A stretch of DNA of 64,000 bases from an uncultured Alphaproteobacteria bacterium (GTDB taxonomy: Bacteria > Pseudomonadota > Alphaproteobacteria > Sphingomonadales > Sphingomonadaceae), in contig CAWBWP010000004.1 of assembly GCA_963792555.1 (NCBI GenBank), forward strand, positions 592,578 to 656,577, in the 5' to 3' direction. The notes under the pieces were generated by a model. That model had not been told where the DNA came from, made no database searches, and saw nothing but the letters and a program-made list of their open reading frames with translations. Each line of letters opens with the position of its first letter. Positions within the stretch are counted from its first letter, which is position 1. Below, piece by piece: positions 1 through 9,898 of this stretch. The translations under genes and the position numbers were made by a program.

Positions 1-462
1 GGGCACGCCGCTCTGCGCGCGGACCGCCTTGTAGCCGAGGTCGAGGTACGCGCCGACCGCGTCGACCGTCTGCTGCGATGTCGGCGCCGTTGGCGTGGCC
101 GTAGACCATGCACGCCGTCGCGGCTGCGGCCGCCGAGCAGCTGATAGAGCGGCATGCCCGCGAGCTTGGCCTTGATGTCCCACAGCGCGACGTCGACCGC
201 GGCGATGGCGCGCATCGTCACCGGCCCGCGCCGCCAATAGGCGCCGCGGTAGAGATACTGCCAGATATCCTCGATCCGGCGCGGGTCCCTGCCGATCAGG
301 CACGGGATGACATGGTCCTCGAGATAGCCGACGACGGCCTTTTCGCGGCCGTTCAGCGTGGCGTCGCCGATGCCGTAGACGCCCTCGCTCGGTCTCGATC
401 TTGAGCGTGACGAAATTGCGCCCGGGGCAGGTGACGATGACGCGGGCGGACGTGATCTTCAT
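1..462 (-). pseudogene. manD: D-mannonate dehydratase (ManD, enolase superfamily); N-terminal ~150 aa only, the 3' part lies beyond the window start. Two compensating 1-nt frameshifts as read, near 60-110
   Basis: Minus-strand translation from the ATG at 460-462 gives [111 protein letters not shown]... This is the characteristic ManD/GalD-family N-terminus. The expected motif [38 protein letters not shown] is only recovered by switching frame twice. Confidence 0.65.
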
Positions 463-502
463 GGACGGCTCCGGCGCGGGCGGCGACGATGGACAAAGGT
501 GT

Positions 503-527
503 TGACCGTTCCCATCTGGCCTGTCAA
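503..527. promoter_or_regulatory. inverted repeat TTGAC-N15-GTCAA in the divergent manD/gntR intergenic region (candidate operator or -35 region)
   Basis: gtTTGACcgttcccatctggcctGTCAAg, centred between the manD ATG (462) and the gntR start. Confidence 0.3.
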
Positions 528-529
528 GT

Positions 530-1338
530 TTGATGAAAGTGGTAAGGCCATCGAAGGGAAGGAGCTTGAGTGACGTCATTTCAGATGGCGACCGCGCTTC
601 CCCGGACCGGCTTTACCAGGAGCTTGCCCGCCGCCTGATCGCCGAGCTCGCCAGTGGGCGATTTGCCGTCGGTGACCGCTTGCCGGCGGAGCGCGAGCTG
701 TCGGTCCAGTACGGCGTGTCCCGCCCCACCGTGCGCGAGGCGGTGATCGCGCTCGAGGTCCAGGGGCTGGTCGAGGTCCGCGTCGGCTCGGGCGCCTATG
801 TCAAGCGCCTGCCCGGGACGAACGACATCCCCGGTTTCAACATCACGGCCTTCGAGCTGACCGAGGCGCGCCTGCTGTTCGAGGCCGAGGCGGCGGCGCT
901 GGCGGCAACCCAGATCACCGCGGAGGAACTGGCGCAGCTGGCCGGCGCTTGTCGACGCGATCGAGCGCGAGAACCGCAACGCCCAGGGCACGGAGAAGGC
1001 CGACCGCGAATTCCACCTGACGATCAGCCGCGCCACGCGCAACGGCGCGATCGTCGAGGCGGTCGAGCGGCTGTGGGACCTGCGCGTCGACGTCCCCGGA
1101 AAGCGCGCTGCTCCACGCCAAGGCCCGCTCGGCGAACATCAAGCCGGTGGTCGACGAGCATGCGGCCGTGCTCGACGCCCTGCGCAACCACGATCCCGTG
1201 GCCGCGCGGACGGCGATGCGAGTGCATCTCGCCGCCGTGCTCGACAGCCTGTTGTTCGCCACCGAGGAGAAGGCGATCGAGGAAGTCCGGCGCTTTGCCC
1301 GCGCCAAGCGCGAGCGCTACGCGCGCGTCACCAGCTAG
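530..1338 (+). pseudogene. GntR/FadR-family (FCD domain) transcriptional regulator of the hexuronate locus. Two +1 frameshifts as read, near 945 and 1097
   Basis: N-terminal winged HTH ...RLPAERELSVQYGVSRPTVREAVIALEVQGLVEVRVGSGAYV. The FCD domain continues in frame 0 (ALVDAIERENRNAQGTEKADREFHLTISRATRNGAIVEAVERLWDLRVD) and then in frame 1 (HAKARSANIKPVVDEHAAVLDALRNHDPVAARTAMRVHLAAVLDSLLF...RERYARVTS*). A GAAGGGAAGGAG Shine-Dalgarno lies near 553-564. The start may be the ATG at 530 or the TTG at 566. Confidence 0.7.
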
Positions 1339-1361
1339 AGCCGGCCCACGGGCAACCTGAA

Positions 1362-2774
1362 ATGAGCACCCTCGACCTCCACCCGGACCGCCTGCTGCCC
1401 GCCGACCCCGCCGTCCGCGCGATTGCCCGCGAGCTCCTCGCCACCGTCACCGAGCTGCCGATCGTGTCGCCGCACGGCCATACCGATGCGGCATGGTTCG
1501 CCGGGAACCGGCCGTTCGGCAACGCCACCGACCTGCTGCTGCGGCCCGACCATTATCTGTTCCGCATGCTGTACTCGCAGGGCGTGCGGCTGGAGGCGCT
1601 GGGGATCGGCGGCGCCGGCGGCGATCCGCGCGCGGCGTGGCGGATCCTGGCCGACCATTGGCACCTGTTCCGCGGGACGCCGTCGCGGCTGTGGCTCGAC
1701 TGGGTCTTCGTCACCGCCTTCGGCATGACGGTGATGCTCGATGCGAGCAGCGCCGACGACTATTACGACCGCATCACCGAGGCGCTCGCCACCGACGCCT
1801 TCCGGCCGCGCGCGCTGTTCGACCGCTACCGGATCGAGGTGATCGCCACGACCGAAAGCCCGCTCGACGGCCTTGTCGACCATGCCGCGATCCGCGCCGA
1901 GAACGCCCGCCCCGGCGGCTGGCAGGGGCGGGTCATCACCGCCTACCGCCCCGATCCGGTCGTCGATCCGGAGTTCGACGGCTTTGCCGCCAACCTGCAG
2001 CGCCTGTCGGACCTGACCGGGGAGGACTGCCTCGGCTGGCCGGGCTATCTCGCCGCGCACCGGCAGCGGCGGGCGTTCTTCGCGGAGCACGGCGCGACGA
2101 GCACCGACCACGGCCACCCCAGCGCGCGGACCGCCGACCTGCCCGCAAACGAGGCGGCCGCGCTGTTCGCCAAGGTAGTGCGCGGCACCTTCTCTGCGGA
2201 CGAGGCCGAGCTGTTCCGCGCCCAGATGCTGACCGAGATGGCCGGCATGAGCGTCGACGACGGCCTGGTGATGCAGCTCCACCCGGGCTCGTTCCGCAAC
2301 CACAATGCCGCGCTGTTCGCTGCGCTGGGCCGCGACAAGGGCGCCGACATCCCGACCCGGACCGACTATGTCCACGCGCTGAAGCCGCTGCTCGACCGCT
2401 TCGGCAACGACCCGCGGCTGAACCTCATCCTCTTCACCCTGGACGAGAGCGTCTATGCCCGCGAACTGGCGCCGCTGGCCGGCCACTACCCCAGTATCAA
2501 GCTCGGCCCGGCGTGGTGGTTTCACGACAGCCCGGAGGGTATGCGCCGCTTCCGCCTGGCGACGACCGAGACCGCGGGCTTCTACAATACGGTCGGATTC
2601 AACGACGACACGCGCGCGTTCCTGTCGATCCCGGCGCGCCACGATGTCGCCAGGCGGATCGACTGCGGCTTCCTCGCCGGCCTCGTCGCCGAGCACCGCC
2701 TCGCCGATTGGGAGGCGGCCGAGCTGGCCCACGACCTCAGTTATGGGCTGGCGAAGCGAGCCTATCGCTTGTGA
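1362..2774 (+). CDS. uxaC: glucuronate isomerase (uronate isomerase)
   Basis: Intact 470-aa ORF: MSTLDLHPDRLLPADPAVRAIARELLATVTELPIVSPHGHTD...KLGPAWWFHDSPEGMRRF. It has the HGH metal motif and the uronate-isomerase length. The ATG is 24 nt after the gntR stop. Confidence 0.9.
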   Translation: MSTLDLHPDRLLPADPAVRAIARELLATVTELPIVSPHGHTDAAWFAGNRPFGNATDLLLRPDHYLFRMLYSQGVRLEALGIGGAGGDPRAAWRILADHWHLFRGTPSRLWLDWVFVTAFGMTVMLDASSADDYYDRITEALATDAFRPRALFDRYRIEVIATTESPLDGLVDHAAIRAENARPGGWQGRVITAYRPDPVVDPEFDGFAANLQRLSDLTGEDCLGWPGYLAAHRQRRAFFAEHGATSTDHGHPSARTADLPANEAAALFAKVVRGTFSADEAELFRAQMLTEMAGMSVDDGLVMQLHPGSFRNHNAALFAALGRDKGADIPTRTDYVHALKPLLDRFGNDPRLNLILFTLDESVYARELAPLAGHYPSIKLGPAWWFHDSPEGMRRFRLATTETAGFYNTVGFNDDTRAFLSIPARHDVARRIDCGFLAGLVAEHRLADWEAAELAHDLSYGLAKRAYRL

Positions 2775-4162
2775 ACCGCCTGGGGCCCGACCATCTCCCC
2801 GGGGGCGTGGCGCTGCCGGGCTATGACCGCGCAGCAGCCGGGATCGGCATCGTCCACTTCGGCCTCGGTGCCTTCGCGCGCGCCCACCTGGCCTGGTACA
2901 CCGACCAGGCGATGGCGCGTGCCGGCGGCGACTGGCGGATCGCCGGCGTGTCGCTGCGCCATCCTGTGGTCGCCGAGCAGCTGAACCCGCAGGACGGCCT
3001 GTACCTGCTGGCCGAGCGTTCGGCCGACGCGCTCGACGCGCAGTTGATCGGGGCGGTCGCGACCGTCGTCGTCGCGCCGCACGACCGGGAGCGGGTGGTC
3101 GACCTGATCGCTGCCCCGGCGACGAAGCTGATTTCGTTCACCGTGACGGAGAAGGGCTATTGCCGCGCCGCCGACGGCACGCTCGACCCGGCGCTGGCGG
3201 ATAGAGGCAGTGTCTATGCCTTTCTGGCGGCGGGTCTGGCGCGCCGCCGTGCCGCCGGCCGGAGCGGCGTGACTTTGCTATCGTGCGACAATCTCGCCGA
3301 GAACGGGCACCAGCTTCGCCGCCTGCTGGGCGATTATCTTGCCGGGCACGATCCGGCGCTGGACGACTGGGTGACGACCAACTGCACCTTCCCGAGCAGC
3401 ATGGTCGACCGGATCGTACCCGCGACCACGGCGGCCGACCGTGACACGGTCGCGGCCCTGGTCGGCGTGCGCGACGAGGGGGTCGTCGTCACCGAACCGT
3501 TCCACCAATGGGTGATCGAGGACCGCTTTGCCGACGGGCGCCCCGCCTGGGATGCTGCCGGGGCCCAGTTCGTCGCCAGCGTCGTGCCGTTCGAGACCGC
3601 CAAGCTGCGACTGCTCAACGGCGCACATTCGGCGCTTGCTTACTGCGGCCTGCTGTCCGGCCATGCCTATGTCCATCAGGCGGTCGCCGATCCCGAGCTG
3701 CGCCGGCTGGGCGACGCGTTGATGCGCGACGAAGCCGCGCCGACCGTACCGGCGGCAGGACAGGACCTCGGTGCCTATGCCGACGCCCTGCTCGCCCGCT
3801 TCGCCAACCCCGCGCTCAACCATGGTCTGATCCAGATCGCGATGGACGGCAGCCAGAAGATCCCGCAGCGCTGGCTGGCGACGCTCGCGGCCAACCGCGC
3901 GCGCGGCCGGCGGTGCCCGGCGATCCTGACGGCGATCGGGGCCTGGCTGCGCCACGTGCGCGGCGATAACGTCGCGCGCTGGGGGCCGGTCGTCGACCCG
4001 CGCGCCAGGGACCTTGCTGCGCTGTGGCGGATGCACGGCGCGGCCGGCATCGTGCCGGCGGTCTTCGGCGTCGGCGGCCCGCTCGCCAGCGACTGGGTTC
4101 CCGATGCCGCCGACATCGCGCTGATCCCGCTCGGCGCAGCGGCGACGGGGAGGGCGCGATGA
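2771..4162 (+). CDS. uxuB: mannitol-dehydrogenase-family D-mannonate oxidoreductase / fructuronate reductase
   Basis: Intact ~463-aa ORF with a GTG start overlapping the uxaC stop (GTGA at 2771-2774). Sequence: VNRLGPDHLPGGVALPGYDRAAAGIGIVHFGLGAFARAHLAWYTDQAM...LISFTVTEKGY...KLRLLNGAHSALAY. The Rossmann GxGxF motif and mannitol DH family signatures are present. Confidence 0.8.
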   Translation: MNRLGPDHLPGGVALPGYDRAAAGIGIVHFGLGAFARAHLAWYTDQAMARAGGDWRIAGVSLRHPVVAEQLNPQDGLYLLAERSADALDAQLIGAVATVVVAPHDRERVVDLIAAPATKLISFTVTEKGYCRAADGTLDPALADRGSVYAFLAAGLARRRAAGRSGVTLLSCDNLAENGHQLRRLLGDYLAGHDPALDDWVTTNCTFPSSMVDRIVPATTAADRDTVAALVGVRDEGVVVTEPFHQWVIEDRFADGRPAWDAAGAQFVASVVPFETAKLRLLNGAHSALAYCGLLSGHAYVHQAVADPELRRLGDALMRDEAAPTVPAAGQDLGAYADALLARFANPALNHGLIQIAMDGSQKIPQRWLATLAANRARGRRCPAILTAIGAWLRHVRGDNVARWGPVVDPRARDLAALWRMHGAAGIVPAVFGVGGPLASDWVPDAADIALIPLGAAATGRAR

Positions 4163-5157
4163 TCGTCTGCTTCGGCGAGATGCTGCTCCGCCTCGCCACC
4201 GCGCGCGGGCGGCTGCTGAGCAACGCGTCGAGCCTCGATGTCGTCGTCGGCGGGGCGGAGGCCAACGTCGCAGTCGCGCTGGCGGCGCTTGGTCACGGCA
4301 CGCGGATGGTCACCGTCCTGCCCGACAATCCCCTCGGCGACTGCGCCGCCGCCGAGCTCGCGATGGCCGGCGTCGACCCTTCGGGGGTTCGGCGCGCGGG
4401 CGGGCGCATGGGGCTCTATTTTCTCGAGACGGGCGGCAGCCTGCGTCCGTCGGCGGTGACCTACGACCGCGAGGGCTCCGCCTTTGCCCGCGCCGAGGCC
4501 GGCGACTTCGACTTCGCGCGGCTGCTCGCGGGGGCGCGGCTGCTGCACCTTTCGGGCATTACCGCAGCGCTCGGCCCACGCGGGCTGGCGGCCTCGCGCG
4601 CCGCGATTGCCGCGGCCCACGCTGCGGGCGTTCCGGTCAGTTTCGACCCCAATTACCGCGCAACTTTGTGGTCGGCGTGGGACAGCCAGCCGCGCGAGGC
4701 GCTCGGCGAGCTTGCCGCCGGGGCCGATATCCTGTTCGCCGGCCCGCGCGACATCGCGCTACTGCTCGGCCCCATGGACGGCGAGGACGCGGCACCAGGA
4801 CGCGCCTTCGCCGACGCGGCCTTCGCGGCTTTCCCCCGACTGACCGTCCTCGCCTCGACGCAGCGCGAGGCGCTGAGCCAGACGCATCACCGGCTTGCCG
4901 CCCGCGTCGACCGCCGCGACGACCGGTACCAGAGCGCCGCCGTGGAGGTCACCGACATCGTCGACCGGGTCGGCACCGGCGACGCCTTTGCCGCCGGCGT
5001 GCTCGATGCCTGGCTTGGCGGGGGGGATGCGCGCGCGCTGGCGGAGACCGGCTTGACGCTGGCGGTGCTGAAACACTCGATCGCCGGCGATTCGTGCCGC
5101 GTGCGCCGGGCCGACCTGCTCGCCTTCGCCACTGGAGCGGGCGACGTCAGGCGCTGA
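4159..5157 (+). CDS. kdgK: 2-dehydro-3-deoxygluconokinase (PfkB family)
   Basis: The ATG overlaps the uxuB stop (ATGA at 4159-4162). Sequence: MIVCFGEMLLRLATARGRLLSNASSLDVVVGGAEANVAVALAALG...DRVGTGDAFAAGVL (PfkB GAGD anion-hole motif). An upstream GGGGAGGG RBS is present. Confidence 0.85.
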   Translation: MIVCFGEMLLRLATARGRLLSNASSLDVVVGGAEANVAVALAALGHGTRMVTVLPDNPLGDCAAAELAMAGVDPSGVRRAGGRMGLYFLETGGSLRPSAVTYDREGSAFARAEAGDFDFARLLAGARLLHLSGITAALGPRGLAASRAAIAAAHAAGVPVSFDPNYRATLWSAWDSQPREALGELAAGADILFAGPRDIALLLGPMDGEDAAPGRAFADAAFAAFPRLTVLASTQREALSQTHHRLAARVDRRDDRYQSAAVEVTDIVDRVGTGDAFAAGVLDAWLGGGDARALAETGLTLAVLKHSIAGDSCRVRRADLLAFATGAGDVRR

Positions 5158-5377
5158 CGGCGGGTGTCGTTCCGACGCGGGTGACTTGTCGGCGGCGACA
5201 GGGCTCCGCGACGGTGCGACCATTGGTCGGGGACGCGTTCCGACCGCAGGCGGTTGATCCGCGCCTCCCGCCGCGCCACCTACAGGCGTGCTGGACCCGG
5301 AAGGTGCCGGCGAGTGTTTGGCCAGGCACCCACGCCGACCGGGCGATCAGGCCGGTCCGTCAATCAGGAAGTCGTCC

Positions 5378-6016
5378 ATGCTGGACAAAGTCGAACTAGA
5401 ACTGTCGCGCCGCGGCGTGCTTGCCGCGGGCGCGGTTACCGCCGCTGCCGTCGCTGCGCCCGCCGGGGCCGCGGCGCGGGCCGCACCGGGAGCGGGCAGC
5501 GGGCCGACGATGCCGGTCCGCCTTGAAGTGAACGGCAAGCCGGTCGAGCTGTCGCTCGATCCGCGGACGACGCTGCTCGATACGCTGCGCGAGCACCTCC
5601 ACCTGACCGGCACCAAGAAGGGCTGCGATCATGGCCAGTGCGGCGCATGCACGGTCATCGTCAACGGCACGCGGATCAACTCGTGCCTCAGCCTCGCGCT
5701 GCAGCACCAGGGCGACAAGGTGACGACGATCGAGGGGCTGGGCACGCCCGACCGGCTGCATCCGATGCAGGCCGCCTTCGTCAAGCACGACGGCTATCAG
5801 TGCGGCTATTGCACGCCCGGGCAGATCTGCTCCGCCGTGGCAGTGCTCGACGAGATCAAGCGCGGCGTCCCGAGCCATGTTCAGGCCGACCTGACCGCCC
5901 GGCCGCAGCCGACCAACATGGAGCTGCGCGAGCGGATGAGCGGCAACATCTGCCGCTGCGGCGCCTATTCGAACATCGCCGAGGCGATCGCCGAAGTCGC
6001 GGGAGCGCAGGCATGA
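5378..6016 (+). CDS. paoA: aldehyde oxidoreductase [2Fe-2S] subunit with Tat signal peptide (PaoA/YagT-like)
   Basis: [35 protein letters not shown] (twin-arginine motif SRRGVLA), followed by two 2Fe-2S motifs: [11 protein letters not shown] and [11 protein letters not shown]...CRCGAY. An AGGAAG RBS lies 7 nt upstream. Confidence 0.85.
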   Translation: MLDKVELELSRRGVLAAGAVTAAAVAAPAGAAARAAPGAGSGPTMPVRLEVNGKPVELSLDPRTTLLDTLREHLHLTGTKKGCDHGQCGACTVIVNGTRINSCLSLALQHQGDKVTTIEGLGTPDRLHPMQAAFVKHDGYQCGYCTPGQICSAVAVLDEIKRGVPSHVQADLTARPQPTNMELRERMSGNICRCGAYSNIAEAIAEVAGAQA

Positions 6017-6960
6017 AGGCATTCACCTACGAACGGGCCAAGGACCCGCAGGCGGCGGCGCGGGCGGCGGCGCAGCCGGGGGCGAAGTTCCTTGCCGGCG
6101 GCACCAACCTGCTCGACCTGATGAAGCTCGAGATCGAGACGCCGACGCACCTGATCGACGTCCAGGACCTCGGCTTCGACCGGATCGAGCCGACGCAAGA
6201 CGGCGGGCTGCGGATCGGCGCGCTGGTCACCAACACCGGCCTTGCCGCCGACGACCGGGTGCGCCGCGACTACGGGGTGCTCAGCCGGGCGATCGTTGCC
6301 GGGGCGTCGGGGCAGCTGCGCAACAAGGCGACGACGGCCGGAAACATCCTCCAGCGCACCCGCTGCGCCTATTTCTACGATACCAACATGCCGTGCAACA
6401 AGCGCCAGCCCGGCGCGGGCTGTTCGGCGATCGGTGGCGTTTCGCGCCAGCTCGGCGTCATCGGCGTGTCGGACAAGTGCATCGCGACTTTTCCCGGCGA
6501 CATGGCGGTGGCGCTCAGGGTGCTCGATGCGACCGTCGAGACCGTCGACGCGCAGGGGCAGCACCGCTCGATCCCGATGGCGGAGTTCCATCGCCTGTGG
6601 GGCGATCATCCGGAACAGGACACCGTGCTGAGGCCCGGCGAGCTGATCACCAGCGTCACGCTGCCGCGCCCGCTCGGCGGCCGGCATTTCTACGAGAAGG
6701 TGCGCGACCGCGCGTCTTATGCCTATGCGCTGGTGTCGGTGGCGGCGGTGATCCAGCCGGACGGCACCGGCCGCGTCGCCTTCGGCGGCGTCGCGCCGCG
6801 GCCGTGGCGCGTCGAAGCCGCCGACGCGCTGCTGCCGCACGGCGCTGCTGCCGTCACCGCCCGCGCCTTCCAGGGCGCGACGCCGACGGCGGACAATGCT
6901 TTCAAGGTGCCGCTCGCCACCCGCGCGCTTGCCGCCGTCCTCGCCGAAGCCAAGGCCTGA
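6013..6960 (+). CDS. paoB: aldehyde oxidoreductase FAD-binding subunit with [4Fe-4S] motif (PaoB/YagS-like)
   Basis: ATGA overlap with the paoA stop. Sequence: [50 protein letters not shown]...[26 protein letters not shown] (Cys cluster typical of PaoB), CO-dehydrogenase flavoprotein fold. Confidence 0.85.
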   Translation: MKAFTYERAKDPQAAARAAAQPGAKFLAGGTNLLDLMKLEIETPTHLIDVQDLGFDRIEPTQDGGLRIGALVTNTGLAADDRVRRDYGVLSRAIVAGASGQLRNKATTAGNILQRTRCAYFYDTNMPCNKRQPGAGCSAIGGVSRQLGVIGVSDKCIATFPGDMAVALRVLDATVETVDAQGQHRSIPMAEFHRLWGDHPEQDTVLRPGELITSVTLPRPLGGRHFYEKVRDRASYAYALVSVAAVIQPDGTGRVAFGGVAPRPWRVEAADALLPHGAAAVTARAFQGATPTADNAFKVPLATRALAAVLAEAKA

Positions 6961-6964
6961 TCCG

Positions 6965-9184
6965 ATGAAGTTCGACACGCCCGCGGGAACCAACCCAATC
7001 GACCGGCAGACCGTCGTCGGCCGCGCCCACGACCGTATCGAGGGTCCGCTGAAGACCAGCGGCACTGCGCCATATGCCTATGAGCGGCGCGAGCCGGCGA
7101 ACCCGGCATATGGCTATGTCCTCGGCTCGGCCATCGCCAAGGGCCGGGTCGTCACCATCTCGCTCGACCGCGCGCGGGCCGCCCCCGGCGTGCTTGCCAT
7201 CGTCACCGCCGCCAGTGCCGGCCCGCTCGGCAAGGGCAAGCACAACACGGCCAAGCTGCTCGGCGGTCCCGAGATCGAGCATTATCACCAGGCGATCGCG
7301 CTGGTCGTGGCGCGGACGTTCGAGCAGGCGCGCGCCGCCGCGGCGCTGATCCACGTCGACTACGCGCGCGCACCCGGGCGCTTCGACCTCGACGAGGGGT
7401 TGAAGACGGCGCCGCTCTACGGCGGCGACAGCAAGGAGGGCAGCAACTCGCCGGCGATCGACCGTGTCGGCATTTCGAGGACGCCTTCGCCGCCGCCCCG
7501 GTCAAGCTCGACGCGCATTATGCCACCCCCGACCAGAGCCACATGATGATGGAGCCGTTCGCTTCCATCGCTGCGTGGAACGGCGACGAACTGCGGCTGT
7601 GGACGTCGAACCAGATGATCGACTGGGGCCGCACCGACCTCGCCCTGACGCTTGGCATGCCCAAGGAGAAGATCCGCTTCATGTCGCCCTATGTCGGCGG
7701 CGGCTTCGGCGGCAAGCTGTTCCTGCGCGCCGACGCGGTCGCTCGCGGCGCTCGGTGCGCGGGCGGCGGGGCGGCCGGTCAAGCTCGCGATCCAGCGGCC
7801 GCTGATGCCGAACAACTCGACGCACCGCCCGGCGACGCGCCAGCACATCCGCATCGGCGCGGCGCCGGACGGAACCATTCTCGCCATCGCCCACGAAAGC
7901 GGTTCCGGCGACCTGCCGCACGGCAAGCCCGAGACGGCGACCAGCCAGACCAAGCTGCTCTATGCCGGCGCCAATCGCCTGATCTCGATGCGGCTGGCCG
8001 AGCTCGACCTGCCCGAAGGCAACGCGATGCGCGCGCCGGGCGAGGCGCCGGGGCTGATGGCGCTCGAAATCGCGATGGACGAGATGGCCGAGAAGCTGGG
8101 CATGGATCCGATCGCCTTCCGGGTGAAGAACGACACCCAGGTCGATCCGGAAAAGCCGGAGCGGCGCTTCTCCGCAGCGGCAGCTCGTCCGCTGCCTGAC
8201 CGAGGGGGCCGAACGCTTCGGCTGGGTCGAGGCGCAACCCCAGGCCGGGCCGGACGCGCGACGGCCGCTGGCTGGTCGGCTTCGGCGTTGCCGCGGCCTT
8301 CCGCAACCACATCGACGTGCCTTCGGGCGCGCGGGTGCGGCTGGGTCCGGACGGTGTCGTCACCGTCGAGACCGACATGACCGACATCGGCACCGGCAGC
8401 TACACGATCATCGCGCAGACCGCGGCCGAGATGATGGGGGTGCCGATCGACCGGGTGGTGGTCAAACTCGGCGATTCCGATTTTCCGGTCGCGGCGGGGT
8501 CCGGCGGTCAGTTCGGCGCCGCCAATTCGACGTCGGGCGTCTATGCCGCCTGCGTGAAGCTGCGCGACGATGTCGCCCAGCGGCTCGGCTACAACTCCGC
8601 CGACGCCGTCTTCGCCGACGGCCGGGTGACCATCGGCAATCGCTCGTCGCGGCTGGCGGACGCCGCGCGCGGTGGCGAACTCGTGGCCGAGGACCGGATC
8701 GAGTATCGGCGATCTCAGCAAGCAGGTCCAGCAATCGACCTTCGGCGCGCATTTCGTCGAGGTGCGGGTCGACGCCTATACCGGCGCGGCGCGGGTCCAG
8801 CGCATGCTCGCCGTCTGCGCCGCCGGGCGCATCCTCAACCCCAAGTCGGCGCGCAGCCAGGTGATCGGCGCGATGACGATGGGCGTCGGCGGGGCGCTGA
8901 TGGAGGAGCTCGCCGTCGACAAGCGCTTCGGCCTGTTCATCAATCACGATCTCGCGCTGTACGAGGTGCCGGTCCATGCCGACATCCCGCACCAGGAAGT
9001 CGTCTTCCTCGAGGAGGCCGATCCGACCGCCAATCCGATGAAGGCCAAGGGCGTCGGCGAGCTCGGCCTGTGCGGCGTCGGGGCCGCGGTCGCCAATGCG
9101 GTCTACAATGCGACCGGCGTCCGGGTGCGCGATTATCCGCTCACGCTCGACAAGCATTTCGAACATTTGCCGGTGATCGCCTGA
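6965..9184 (+). pseudogene. paoC: aldehyde oxidoreductase molybdopterin subunit (PaoC/YagR-like). At least 5 frameshifts as read, near 7468, 7740, 8176, 8255 and 8700
   Basis: MKFDTPAGTNPIDRQTVVGRAHDRIEGPLKTSGTAPYAYE... The protein is recovered only by joining five reading frames (ORFs 6896-7546, 7543-, 7652-, 8317-, 8672-9184). Examples: AFEDAFAAAPVKLDAHYATPDQSHMMMEPFAS..., SLAALGARAAGRPVKLAIQRPLMPNNSTHR..., GRWLVGFGVAAAFRNHIDVPSGARVRLGPDGVVTVETDMTDIGTGSYTI..., GVGELGLCGVGAAVANAVYNATGVRVRDYPLTLDKHFEHLPVIA*. Confidence 0.8.
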
Positions 9185-9400
9185 GCGTGAGGCGTGCTGT
9201 GGCCAAGGGCGTCGCCTTTGGCCAAGTGCTGATCGACCATAAGAGGCTGACCGGCTGACCGGCTGCCTCGAGTTGACGTCAGGTCGTCGAACCTCCGGCC
9301 TCGATGCGCGGAGCCGATCATTTGCTCGTTCGGCGGGACGGCCAAGCGAAGGCCGCTGCGACGTCGCCCGCCGTGACATTTGCGCCGCATCCGCCTAGGC

Positions 9401-9838
9401 ATGGCGACCGTGACCGCGCTTCGCCACCGTCTCCTGCACCACCGCTGGCTGACCCTTGGGCTGATCGTGCTCACGCTGCTGGTGCGGTTCGCCGTTCCGG
9501 TCGGCTACATGCCCGTCTTCGCCGGCAACACCGTGACCATCGCGCTGTGTTCGGGGTCCGGGCCGATGACAATGGCGATGACCGGCGTGGCCGCGATGAC
9601 CGGTCCCGCCCGCGGCGACTCCGCAAGCGACCACGATCCCGGGGGTCACGGCAAGGCCGAAATGCCGTGCGGCTTCGCGGGCCTCAGCGCCCCATTCGTC
9701 GCGGGTGCCGATCCGGTCGTCCTCGCGCTGGCGGTCGCGTTCATCGTCGCAACCGTGTTCCGGGCCGTCGCGCCCCGCGCACGCGTCGTGCCCGCCAACC
9801 TTCGTCCGCCGCTCCGGGGACCGCCTGCAACCGCCTGA
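9401..9838 (+). CDS. DUF2946-family small membrane protein, commonly found beside copper-type TonB receptors
   Basis: MATVTALRHRLLHHRWLTLGLIVLTLLVRFAVPVGYMPVFAGNTVTIALCSGSGP...HDPGGHGKAEMPCGF. It has one N-terminal TM helix, a Cys/His/Met-rich tail, and lies immediately 5' of the TBDR. An in-frame TTG at 9380 is an alternative start. Confidence 0.55.
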   Translation: MATVTALRHRLLHHRWLTLGLIVLTLLVRFAVPVGYMPVFAGNTVTIALCSGSGPMTMAMTGVAAMTGPARGDSASDHDPGGHGKAEMPCGFAGLSAPFVAGADPVVLALAVAFIVATVFRAVAPRARVVPANLRPPLRGPPATA

Positions 9839-9898
9839 TCGCCTGCCCCTCCCTGATGCCGGCGGTTGCCGCCGCGCGTCCACGATCAGGAACGTGTC

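Noticed and set aside
1335-2732. Long antisense or alternative-frame ORFs, for example 1335-2732 (-), 1493-4162 (+ read-through frame), 9395-12193 (-, 932 aa), 15764-20197 (-, 1477 aa), 16381-18999 (-), 40896-42452 (-), 46901-51595 (+, 1564 aa), 49620-52235 (-), 57235-59133 (+) and 58328-60592 (+)
   Set aside because: Their translations are Arg-, Ala-, Gly- and Pro-rich with low complexity, which is typical of stop-codon-poor frames in 68% GC DNA. Each lies opposite to, or out of frame with, a gene that has clear family signatures.
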